A DNA stretch of 64,000 bases from an uncultured Candidatus Saccharibacteria bacterium (GCA_964505155.1 CAZDGL010000001.1:71058-135057), one strand, 5' to 3'. Shown: positions 41,609 to 49,671, numbered from the stretch's first letter. Numbers and translations: made by a program. Notes: generated by a model from the sequence alone, not told the origin.

Positions 41609-42245
41609 TGATGCTCCTATTTAGTAAGAATCGACCTTTATACCATCCTTCTGGTATTTGATCAAGTTTTTTTATCTTCTTATTTTCAGTTCCGTTTGTG
41701 ATCCACATAGATCCGAACTGAGAATTCAACGAACCTTGATTTTTGGGTTTAGACATCTTCAGTTTGGTTTCTTCAGAATGTCGTTTACCTGTCCATTGAT
41801 GTTCAAAACTAATATATCTAGTTTTTAATCCTTTTTGTACAGATTTATTAAAATTTAGTACCCAAGTTTCATCATTTTGTCGAAGATTTTTTTGTGCTTT
41901 ATGTCCTTTAACTTGATTTTCTTTTGAAAATCCTATGTAATTAGTTAATCCATTAGAATTGATGTACCCAAATCCACCTTTACCACCGGGACAAATATTG
42001 TAGGTATCATCACGATTACAAAAATCTTCGGTTACTATCTCAGCTTCTTTAGCTGACATATCTTCTAGATTATCAAACTGGTAGAGAATCTCTCGTTGAA
42101 AATTCTCAATACCGTATTTCTTAATGGCACGTCGAAGATGCTTACCTGATCCCAAGTATCCATCATTCAGATCAGAAGTCTGATGTTGTCCAATATAGAT
42201 CTTTCCATTAATAAGGTTAGTGGTTTGGTATACAATGTAGTGCAA
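41592..42245 (-). CDS. Seg-like GIY-YIG homing endonuclease
   Basis: IVYQTTNLINGKIYIGQH, YLGSG, KYG.ENF, HSEETKLKMS. Confidence 0.9.
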   Translation of the reverse strand: MHYIVYQTTNLINGKIYIGQHQTSDLNDGYLGSGKHLRRAIKKYGIENFQREILYQFDNLEDMSAKEAEIVTEDFCNRDDTYNICPGGKGGFGYINSNGLTNYIGFSKENQVKGHKAQKNLRQNDETWVLNFNKSVQKGLKTRYISFEHQWTGKRHSEETKLKMSKPKNQGSLNSQFGSMWITNGTENKKIKKLDQIPEGWYKGRFLLNRSINEQDN

Positions 42246-42300
42246 ATTAGGAAACTCCTGAATACCCTTTACTATTATTTAGGTATTCAGGAGTTTCAAT

Positions 42301-42389
42301 GAGCACCAGACAGGATTCGAACCTGTGACGAGGGTTTCCCCTATCCGATTAAGAGTCGGAGCCGTTCGGCCAACTACGGTAACTGGTGC
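42301..42389 (-). tRNA. tRNA-Lys(CUU), long variable arm, U73, CCA not encoded
   Basis: TCCGA CT CTT AA TCGGA; variable arm AGGG-GAAA-CCCT. Confidence 0.8.
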
Positions 42390-42392
42390 ATA

Positions 42393-42755
42393 TTAGTCAT
42401 CGATATATAGCTCAGAAGTTTTGAGTGAGTCAACCACTTTCATTTCTTCAATAATATTGAATGCAGCTATCGCATCCGAAAGCTTCGTGATTGCATCAAA
42501 CAATGCGTCTGGACCCGGATTAACGAGAATGAATGCATGATCCGATTCCGAGGATGTGATGGTGATTGAAAACTGGTTGGTTCTCAATATCTCACATTCA
42601 AACATAAATCCAGCATTGATGATCTCGTCTGCCTTCTTGCAAACATCTTCCCTAATCGGAAGAAGCTCATCAGAAGAATGTCCATACGGCATTTCGTAAA
42701 ACGTAGCAGGAATTACGAAATTATTGTGGTCACCAGAATAGAAAAAATGTGGCAT
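42393..42755 (-). CDS. hypothetical protein
   Basis: ORF between tRNA genes. Confidence 0.6.
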   Translation of the reverse strand: MPHFFYSGDHNNFVIPATFYEMPYGHSSDELLPIREDVCKKADEIINAGFMFECEILRTNQFSITITSSESDHAFILVNPGPDALFDAITKLSDAIAAFNIIEEMKVVDSLKTSELYIDD

Positions 42756-42779
42756 TTCTCACTCACTTTCATTTCAAAA

Positions 42780-42897
42780 TGGAGTACCCGGTGGGATTCG
42801 AACCGACGTGGAGGTTACCCTCTGTGGATTAATGCGTGAAGTGCCTCAACACTTCACTGATAAGTCCACCGCTATCGACCTACTCAGCCAACCGCAC
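42780..42897 (-). tRNA. tRNA-Lys(UUU)-like gene with a 29-nt insertion in the anticodon loop
   Basis: GTGGA CTT-[29 nt]-TTAA TCCAC; long variable arm; TTCGAAT; U73-CCA; imperfect acceptor and T stems. Confidence 0.65.
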
Positions 42898-43192
42898 GTA
42901 TTTTTGCATACGTTCCATCTATACGACATTTTTCAATATGGCATGATGTACATAACAACTGACATTTTTGAACTTCTACCCAAAATATCTTTTCAGAAGC
43001 CGAACATGCTTCGGCTATTGACATTATTTTAGTGTGACGCTCTATATGATCAAATTCAAGATTTTCTTTAGTAGAACATTTTACACATTTTCCACCCAGA
43101 AAATCAACTGCTTTCTCTCGTCTTTTCTTCCACCTCTTCTTCATATATTCATTCATATATGAATTATATACATTTTTATCTTTATGTGGCAT
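42884..43192 (-). CDS. HNH endonuclease
   Basis: GGKCVKC....LEFDH...KCQLLCTSCH..K. Confidence 0.88.
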   Translation of the reverse strand: MPHKDKNVYNSYMNEYMKKRWKKRREKAVDFLGGKCVKCSTKENLEFDHIERHTKIMSIAEACSASEKIFWVEVQKCQLLCTSCHIEKCRIDGTYAKIRAVG

Positions 43193-43249
43193 TCATACCT
43201 GTGGTAGAGTGATCTTCATTTACCGACCACTCTACCACAATAAGCTTAT

Positions 43250-43759
43250 CTACGCAACCTTTTTCTTTCTGTTCTTGCGCTTAGCTGTGTTTTTACCAAA
43301 CTCTCTGAATCTGTCAGCAGCAAAGGATGCTGCCCACGCATCAGGCTTAGCTAGAGGAACCACGTTGCAGACACCCTTGATATAACCAATGGCTTCCTGC
43401 AGAACCACGCTTGAACCATACTTCCGGTTCGTGTTGACGTCGATGTGAACCTCGATTTCACGATCCTCAATTACGTCCGCAAGCTGAAGATACATCTCAG
43501 CAGTCTTGTAGACTTCGTTCATGAGTCTCATCTTTGGTTCGGACTTCTTCTTATCGTAATCGATCTCCTCTACGATCTTACCCCAGACGGAGCAACCGTG
43601 ATTACCATCGATGTGGACGACAACAGCAGTAGTATAACGTGCTACCCACTTTTCATCCTTACGAAATCGATATGAGTCAGTACCGATGTAGATCTTGGTC
43701 TCCTTGGACTGACGGTCGATGAAATCCTTTAGATCTTGTATATCGTCAATTCTCCTCAT
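43250..43759 (-). CDS. RNase H-like YkuK (DUF458) family protein
   Basis: IYIGTDS, RLMNEV, EVHIDVN, KPDAWAAS.AADR; ATG 43759 has a GGAG RBS. Confidence 0.85.
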   Translation of the reverse strand: MRRIDDIQDLKDFIDRQSKETKIYIGTDSYRFRKDEKWVARYTTAVVVHIDGNHGCSVWGKIVEEIDYDKKKSEPKMRLMNEVYKTAEMYLQLADVIEDREIEVHIDVNTNRKYGSSVVLQEAIGYIKGVCNVVPLAKPDAWAASFAADRFREFGKNTAKRKNRKKKVA

Positions 43760-43785
43760 TATATCTCTCCTTTCATGGAGATTAT

Positions 43786-43872
43786 TTAGCTCCAATTCAC
43801 ACGATTGAGATCAGCGAACCAATCATCTCCCATACCATGGAAGAACACCTGATTACCACGAAGCTTGTGCAT
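43786..43872 (-). CDS. 28-aa peptide
   Basis: AAGGAGG RBS after a TTGACG...TATTGA promoter; MHKLRGNQVFFHGMGDDWFADLNRVNWS. Confidence 0.55.
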   Translation of the reverse strand: MHKLRGNQVFFHGMGDDWFADLNRVNWS

Positions 43873-43927
43873 ATGTCAACCTCCTTATTGATTTGAATCA
43901 ATATCTTAGATTCCAACAAACGTCAAG

Positions 43928-44005
43928 TGGTGCTCCCAACCGGACTCGAACCGATATCACTCTCTTACGAGGAGAGGGTTTTGCCACAATTATCACTATA
44001 GGAGC
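43928..44005 (-). tRNA. tRNA-Thr(CGU)
   Basis: CTCTC CT CGT AA GAGAG; CCA. Confidence 0.88.
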
Positions 44006-44065
44006 ATATATGATCCATATAAGGGGCAATAATCGGGTTATTAGCTCAGATATGAACCATTATAA

Positions 44066-44143
44066 TGGTGCGTTAGATCTGAGTTGAACAGATACCTCTG
44101 GTTTTTCAGACCAGCGAACAGTCACCGGATATTCGACTAACGC
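44066..44143 (-). tRNA. tRNA-Phe(GAA)
   Basis: CTGGT CT GAA AA ACCAG; CCA. Confidence 0.88.
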
Positions 44144-44157
44144 GTATTCTTAAATAA

Positions 44158-44234
44158 TGGTGCAGCAGAAGGGATTCGAACCCTCATCGTCCTGATTGAA
44201 AGTCAGGTATCCTAAGCCATTAGACGACTGCTGC
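44158..44234 (-). tRNA. tRNA-Glu(UUC)
   Basis: CCTGA CT TTC AA TCAGG; CCA. Confidence 0.92.
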
Positions 44235-44284
44235 GTTTAACTTATCTTTCCACTTACGAATATACCGCATGAATAGAATTGCTT

Positions 44285-44491
44285 TCATATAATCACCTTA
44301 TGTCTTTTAGTATCTATGTATAATCTCCATTCATGATCTTCAATACTATGTAACTCAACTGGATTTCGTCTTTTCAATTCTTCGTATATTTCATTATATG
44401 TTGGTTCGTGATCCCAAATTAAAGGAGCAAATCCATCATCCCATTGATAGTTTGGTGTATAAGCTTTAGATATCCAAATATTCATATACAA
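44285..44491 (-). CDS. hypothetical protein
   Basis: AAGGTG RBS; AT-rich ORF between the two Glu tRNAs. Confidence 0.5.
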   Translation of the reverse strand: MYMNIWISKAYTPNYQWDDGFAPLIWDHEPTYNEIYEELKRRNPVELHSIEDHEWRLYIDTKRHKVII

Positions 44492-44514
44492 ATCACCTTT
44501 TCTAATAAAAATGG

Positions 44515-44589
44515 TGGTGCTCCTAGACAGGATCGAACTGTCTCCTTCTGATTGAGAATCAGATATCCTATCCGGTAGACGATAGGAGC
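44515..44589 (-). tRNA. tRNA-Glu(CUC)
   Basis: TCTGA TT CTC AA TCAGA; CCA. Confidence 0.9.
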
Positions 44590-44598
44590 ATTTTTTAG

Positions 44599-44675
44599 TG
44601 GAGCCTACGGAGAGATTCGAACTCCCGACTTATCCGTTCGAAGCGGATATTTCTAGTCCACTGAATTACGTAGGC
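44599..44675 (-). tRNA. tRNA-Arg(UCG)
   Basis: ATCCG CT TCG AA CGGAT; CCA. Confidence 0.9.
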
Positions 44676-44683
44676 AATTAACT

Positions 44684-44759
44684 TGGTGGTTCTACCAGAA
44701 TTCGAATCTGGACCTTCGGTTTCGTAGACCGATGTTCTTTCCGGTTATACTATAGAACC
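44684..44759 (-). tRNA. tRNA-Arg(ACG)
   Basis: TCGGT CT ACG AA ACCGA; CCA. Confidence 0.9.
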
Positions 44760-44765
44760 AAAAAA

Positions 44766-44841
44766 TGGCGACCCTAACCGGTAACGATCCGGCCTTCACG
44801 GATTGACAGTCCGCACCCTTCACCATGACGGGAATAGGGCC
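44766..44841 (-). tRNA. tRNA-Asp(GUC)
   Basis: GCGGA CT GTC AA TCCGT; G73-CCA; atypical T loop ATCGTTA. Confidence 0.85.
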
Positions 44842-44851
44842 ATTTTAAATT

Positions 44852-44936
44852 TGGTGCGTTGTCACGGTAACGATCCGTGCGAGCCTGAGGCATCCGTTTT
44901 ACAGACGGAACAGTCTCCTTAACTGTATACCAACGC
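44852..44936 (-). tRNA. tRNA-Tyr(GUA)
   Basis: TCCGT CT GTA AA ACGGA; long variable arm; CCA; T loop ATCGTTA. Confidence 0.85.
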
Positions 44937-44942
44937 ATATTC

Positions 44943-44981
44943 AATAAAAAACCTTCGTATCTGTTTAAGGATACGAAGGTT
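44943..44981 (-). terminator. intrinsic terminator (attenuator 3:4 hairpin) just 5' of tRNA-Tyr
   Basis: AACCTTCGTATC / GATACGAAGGTT 12-bp stem followed by TTTTATT. Confidence 0.85.
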
Positions 44982-45018
44982 GCTGATTTCTCAAGACAAA
45001 CGTTCTCGTATCCCGTGG

Positions 45019-45063
45019 TTAGGGCTTATCTTCCTCGAAGCGATAGAGTTTGCGAATAAACAT
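45019..45063 (-). CDS. putative attenuator leader peptide MFIRKLYRFEEDKP
   Basis: 14 codons between promoter and terminator; codons match the downstream tRNAs. Confidence 0.7.
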   Translation of the reverse strand: MFIRKLYRFEEDKP

Positions 45064-45081
45064 GTCTTGGTTCTTTCTTTG

Positions 45082-45399
45082 TTAAACTAATCTAAATTGT
45101 TTGATCATAGTACGATTATATCCGCTGTTTGTCAACCCTAAAGATCGTACAATATCAGCATTTGTTTGATTCGTTTGAATCGCTTCGTGAATTTCTTTGT
45201 CGGTAACATCCGACAACTTGCGAAATCCTTTATTACTATATTTAGGATCCTTTTTCAAGCGTCCTAATGAAAAATTAGAAGGAATTTCATCATTTTTTGA
45301 TATTTTTATTTCTGTCGAACCGTCATTGATCCAAACAGTTCCATATTGGGAATTTCGTGCACCTTAGAGATTGGTAGTTTGGTAGACGATGTAGTGCAT
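45082..45399 (-). pseudogene. internally deleted Seg-like GIY-YIG endonuclease
   Basis: MHYIVYQTTNL-stop joined to GARNSQYGTVWINDG...LGR; both parts match the ends of ORF 41592..42245. Confidence 0.85.
45107..45135 (-). promoter_or_regulatory. sigma70-type promoter of the leader/tRNA operon
   Basis: TTGACA-17-TACTAT. Confidence 0.8.
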
Positions 45400-45452
45400 T
45401 TAAGGGAGTCCTGATTACCGTTTACTATTATTTAGGTAATCAGGACTCCAAG

Positions 45453-45525
45453 GGTTGCGGGAACTGGATTCGAACCAGTGTCTCTTGGTAATGAGCCAAG
45501 CAAGGAACCTCTCCTCTACCCCGCT
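45453..45525 (-). tRNA. initiator-like tRNA-Met(CAU)
   Basis: CTTGG CT CAT TA CCAAG; 1-72 mismatch; ends ACC. Confidence 0.85.
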
Positions 45526-45575
45526 ATATATTTAGCATACTTATCTCACCAACAACCGAAAGTCAACATCTTTTT

Positions 45576-45950
45576 TCAGTTTGGGAGATCTTTTAAGTTT
45601 GGCACCCACATGTGCCGAGTGAAAACAAATTCGTATGAACCATCTAGTGAATGATTATCCATCCATCCGACATTCAGACCGCTCTCGTATCCAGAAAACT
45701 CCTCAGAGATATCGAATACGTATGTTCCTAGTGTTATACCCACTTTTGTGAGCAATTGCAAGCGAATTGTTCGGGCTTCGAGGAATTTAAAGGACTGCTG
45801 CTCAGTGATAGTCCGAACAATATAAATCTTCTTGTTGACAAAATCCACACTAACAGCATGTGAATAATGGTCTTCTACATCATCATAATAGATGACATAT
45901 CCATTACTTAGAATGCTCTTGTTATCATATTCGTCAAAGCTCTTAGTCAT
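45576..45950 (-). CDS. hypothetical protein
   Basis: ORF loosely similar to upstream 45943..46293. Confidence 0.6.
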   Translation of the reverse strand: MTKSFDEYDNKSILSNGYVIYYDDVEDHYSHAVSVDFVNKKIYIVRTITEQQSFKFLEARTIRLQLLTKVGITLGTYVFDISEEFSGYESGLNVGWMDNHSLDGSYEFVFTRHMWVPNLKDLPN

Positions 45951-46293
45951 CGATTATCTCCCATTTGGTAAATTCAAACAAATACTCTCCGTGAAGAAGT
46001 TCATCCTTGGTATACCACGAAGCGCAGATCTCAGTAGGAGTAGCGCTCTTGATATAAAAACGATAATGCAACCCTTCGGTCTCATCTTCACCATTCAGGT
46101 AAATCAAATCAATGATCTTGGCATCCAGAAAATCCATATTAGGACGAGTCTTTACCAGACGAGTCAGGGTTATCTGTTTGACCAAAAAATTGATATGAAT
46201 GTAGTTCGTAGTCGGATCCGATTCTCCATCGTATTCTACGATGAATTGATCGGACATTTGATCTTCGTTACGCAGCGAACCAGATTTCTTCAT
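45943..46293 (-). CDS. hypothetical protein
   Basis: operon packing. Confidence 0.6.
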   Translation of the reverse strand: MKKSGSLRNEDQMSDQFIVEYDGESDPTTNYIHINFLVKQITLTRLVKTRPNMDFLDAKIIDLIYLNGEDETEGLHYRFYIKSATPTEICASWYTKDELLHGEYLFEFTKWEIIDD

Positions 46294-46570
46294 TCAGGCT
46301 CGCATAGGTTTCTGGTAGGTCTCGAAGTCCAGCATGGATCTCAGAATGGCAATTAGAACAGAGAAGAATACACTTCCGTAGCCCTTCGGCAATCCCTGAT
46401 GGACTTAATCCCTTGGAAAAGGCTTTTGATAGATTGAATTCTTTGGTGGTGGGATCTATATGGTGAAAATGAAGTGCATGGACCGTTCTATTGTAGCCAC
46501 AACACTGGCATCCACCTCCCATAGATTCTACTGCACGTATTTTTAGAGGTTGACGCTTGACTTGTCTCAA
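46268..46570 (-). CDS. HNH endonuclease
   Basis: GGGCQCCGY...ALHFHHIDP..K.F...KCILLCSNCHSEIH. Confidence 0.88.
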   Translation of the reverse strand: MRQVKRQPLKIRAVESMGGGCQCCGYNRTVHALHFHHIDPTTKEFNLSKAFSKGLSPSGIAEGLRKCILLCSNCHSEIHAGLRDLPETYASLNEEIWFAA

Positions 46571-46640
46571 TATCTACTCCGAGTTTAGTACTCGGAGTTA
46601 TTTATCTTATCTTGTCAATGGTTTACATCATTTTGAAAAT

Positions 46641-46715
46641 TGGTTCCCTCGAAACGATTCGAACGTTTACCTTCATATTCAGAGTATGAAAATCTGCCAA
46701 TTAATCTACAAGGGA
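46641..46715 (-). tRNA. tRNA-Gln(CUG)
   Basis: TCATA CT CTG AA TATGA; CCA. Confidence 0.88.
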
Positions 46716-46729
46716 TCATAATCTAAATT

Positions 46730-46805
46730 TGGTTCCCCTTGGTGGATTCGAACCACCATCGCATGGATTCAAAGGCCAGCATTCTACCTGTTAAACTAGA
46801 GGGGA
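46730..46805 (-). tRNA. tRNA-Gln(UUG)
   Basis: Loop CT TTG AA; mismatched anticodon stem; CCA. Confidence 0.8.
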
Positions 46806-46823
46806 ATATTCTCTATCACTTCA

Positions 46824-47072
46824 TCAAATGTCATCACATCTCTCATCGGTTTTTAGAACGTATGTAGTCCAGATTTTCTGACCATCACGAATTACGTTGT
46901 GCATTTCCGTGATATGCCAAGTTACATCATCAACATCATTTATATCTAAAAAGTATTCAATGTCATCATCCAGCTTTTCATCTAAGAGTACTTCAATTTC
47001 TTCCTTAGACTCAGCGTCGAAGGTATCACTAAATGAACCACTAACTCTAAAATCCACAAAATACTTCTTCAT
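46824..47072 (-). CDS. hypothetical acidic protein
   Basis: Likely start MKKYFVDF at 47072; the longer track ORF runs across tRNA-Asn. Confidence 0.6.
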   Translation of the reverse strand: MKKYFVDFRVSGSFSDTFDAESKEEIEVLLDEKLDDDIEYFLDINDVDDVTWHITEMHNVIRDGQKIWTTYVLKTDERCDDI

Positions 47073-47091
47073 AACAATACTTTCTAAGAAT

Positions 47092-47180
47092 TGGCTGACA
47101 AGGTAGGGATCGAACCTACGCCACCTTTCGATGGGCTCCCGGTTAACAGCCGGACACCTATACCACTCGGTCACTTGCCA
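47092..47180 (-). tRNA. tRNA-Asn(GUU), long variable arm
   Basis: TCCGG CT GTT AA CCGGG; variable arm CCATC-GAAA-GGTGG; G73-CCA. Confidence 0.85.
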
Positions 47181-47214
47181 ATATGAGTTATTTATATACC
47201 CTTTTGAATGAATG

Positions 47215-47424
47215 TCAAGAGACTTCTTCAAAATGTCTTTTAACGTTATCTGGAAGTCCTTCATAATACTCATCACGTGTCCACACATGTCCTATAGGAC
47301 ACGAACCCAAATGAAAGATGCCCGGAACATAAAGTGACTCAACTAGAGTCATATCATTTTTTGGAACAAACCTTACTTTCCGTCGATGAATAGGTTCAGG
47401 TTTCTTTCTATCAAAAGGCCACAT
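47215..47424 (-). CDS. hypothetical protein
   Basis: GGAG RBS; operon packing. Confidence 0.55.
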   Translation of the reverse strand: MWPFDRKKPEPIHRRKVRFVPKNDMTLVESLYVPGIFHLGSCPIGHVWTRDEYYEGLPDNVKRHFEEVS

Positions 47425-47637
47425 TTATAAGTTCTTCTCCACAACTATTATAATATCATAACCTTCCAGCGAGTTTTCTATAAAGACACCTGCAGGAAGA
47501 TGGTTCCACCTATGAATTTCCCAATCAGATCGAGTTAGTGCTGCCTTCTGGTCCACCAGATAAATGGAGATCGAACGGTTCGGATCTATCCGACCACAAG
47601 CTCTAATCCACCTATAATCTTTAGACGTTTCGTTCAT
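47425..47637 (-). CDS. hypothetical protein
   Basis: operon packing. Confidence 0.5.
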   Translation of the reverse strand: MNETSKDYRWIRACGRIDPNRSISIYLVDQKAALTRSDWEIHRWNHLPAGVFIENSLEGYDIIIVVEKNL

Positions 47638-48298
47638 GACCCATATGATCCGACCACGATATCATCAGCTTCAACAATTCCTTACCATTCAATCCGATAC
47701 GGAAAATATGAACAGGCATCTTAGGATCGATTAGGCACGCTGTCAACCATCTATGATGACCATCAATGATATAATTGTCCTTGGATATACACAAGCGAAC
47801 CTTTTCGAGTCCCTTGGTTTCACCTTCCACACCGTTCTTAGCTACGTAGACAATACCCTTCTCGTAGTAGATCTGCTTCTGTAGCGGCTTCAGCTTTCCA
47901 CAAATCTCGGACGTCACATGCACCCGGAGTCGGTCATCACCTTTGCCGTGCTCATTCGTACCGAACATATCGGCCAAATGTAGGTGGTCATCCCGCAGCA
48001 TATGCTGGAGCTTCTTGACATCCGATGTGCCGACAACAGGCATTTCCTGTCGCTTGTATATTCCGTCTTGGATTTTGTTCTTGATGAAGGTGTAATTTGA
48101 ATCAAACTTTGGAAGGAGATCATCAATCGTTCTGGATTGATATTTTAGAGCTAGATCATTAGCTATCTTGCGTGCTGTCTTTAGATCTGTCAAATGGACT
48201 TCATGAAATCCAGAACCAGTCGAATCCGTAGCCTCATGGAGCTTGTCTTCGACCTTCAATATGGTCTGGAATTCCTGAAGAGAATAGTATTCTTTCAT
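47621..48298 (-). CDS. ParB/Srx-like domain protein
   Basis: LKPLQKQI, ISKDNYIIDGHHRW. Confidence 0.75.
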   Translation of the reverse strand: MKEYYSLQEFQTILKVEDKLHEATDSTGSGFHEVHLTDLKTARKIANDLALKYQSRTIDDLLPKFDSNYTFIKNKIQDGIYKRQEMPVVGTSDVKKLQHMLRDDHLHLADMFGTNEHGKGDDRLRVHVTSEICGKLKPLQKQIYYEKGIVYVAKNGVEGETKGLEKVRLCISKDNYIIDGHHRWLTACLIDPKMPVHIFRIGLNGKELLKLMISWSDHMGHERNV

Positions 48299-48515
48299 TT
48301 GGACTTCTTTAGTCGGATTAGATCCTTACCCTTTTTTGGTTATTTCATAATAATAGAGATTGAACATACAGTCGTAGATTTCGACCAATCCAGCTTTTTC
48401 GAGCTTTTCTAACTGAGGAGATTTTTCGTATACAGAAAACATGTATCCGTTGTCTTCCATGATATCAATCAAATATTGTCTATGGGATTTGGTCATTACA
48501 GATCATCCTAAAAAT

Positions 48516-48593
48516 TGGCACCCGCAGTAGGATTCGAACCCACGATCATGGTTTTGGAGACCATAGCTTTAGACCGGACTAAGCTATACGGGT
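48516..48593 (-). tRNA. tRNA-Trp(CCA)
   Basis: ATGGT CT CCA AA ACCAT; G73-CCA. Confidence 0.92.
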
Positions 48594-48764
48594 ATATGGT
48601 TTATTTATGACACTCTTTCTTGACTTGACACTTATTGACAATTGTGCTAAGCTCTGTGGTTGATTTGTGTTCCAGATATCGGTTGATTCCACGTTCAGCT
48701 ATTCCAGCACATCCTGACAGGAATACAATCATTCCAACTAACATCAGGTCTCGAATAACGGTCT

Positions 48765-49004
48765 TCATACGTCAACTCCTAGCTTGCGACATTCCATATC
48801 AAATTCCATCAGTCTATCTTCAAGTTCCAGAGCCTGAAGCTCCGTCTCCTTGAAATAATCGACCCGGAATTGAGCTAGCTCAGGATATACAGCTAGCTTC
48901 TCATCCAGCATATTTGCTGTCCTTCGAATATGATCAATCGCATCCGTGATTTCACGACGCATATCAACCATACTCATTGTAAGTCCCCGACTCAACCTGA
49001 TCAT
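48765..49004 (-). CDS. hypothetical protein
   Basis: AAGG RBS. Confidence 0.55.
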   Translation of the reverse strand: MIRLSRGLTMSMVDMRREITDAIDHIRRTANMLDEKLAVYPELAQFRVDYFKETELQALELEDRLMEFDMECRKLGVDV

Positions 49005-49023
49005 GATAATTCCTTCTTGAAAT

Positions 49024-49100
49024 TGGTGTCGGAAGTCAGAATCGGACTGACAAATTGTCCCTTATGAGGAGACCGAGGATACCAACTCCTCCCTACCGAC
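49024..49100 (-). tRNA. tRNA-Met/Ile2(CAU)
   Basis: GTCTC CT CAT AA GGGAC; CCA; atypical T loop. Confidence 0.78.
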
Positions 49101-49279
49101 ATGTTTCTATTTATCCCATCAATGCGTGATACTTCTTCTTTCGCATCCGATAGAGAGTCTCTGACGAGGACTTCATCGTAGGTTCGGCAACATTCTTATG
49201 AAGGATTTCCATAACCGATCCAAAAATAATCACCCCAAAAATAGCAATAGCTGTAATGAACAGCACAACAATCAAACCT

Positions 49280-49608
49280 TCAAACATGAAAATCAATCTC
49301 CGATAGGTCGACCCCAAGAGCATCAGCCAAGTTCTTGATGATCTCGATATTTTCCTGCTTCTCGCAGTGAGGCTGATTTGTACGCTTATCGTATTCCATA
49401 GCCTTTTTCAACAACTCTTTCATCTCTTCCAGATCTTTTCGGAGTTGCTCAAACTCGGATCTTGTGACAGGATCTAAAACTGGTGGCCAGTTTGGAGCAA
49501 TCGGTTTTGATGGATCTGGATACGTTCGATATTTATCTAGATCATCAATCCACGGAAGCTTCTTGAACTTATCAATGTAGTGGTCCGATACCATGCTTAC
49601 AACGCATA
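49280..49608 (-). CDS. hypothetical protein (start MCVVSMV near 49608)
   Basis: CAGGAG RBS; the track ORF extends into tRNA-Ser. Confidence 0.55.
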
Positions 49609-49671
49609 TTCTGCATTTCTCCTGTTTAAATAAAGCGAAACCCTCAGAGTGGATTCTGAGGGTTTTTGATC

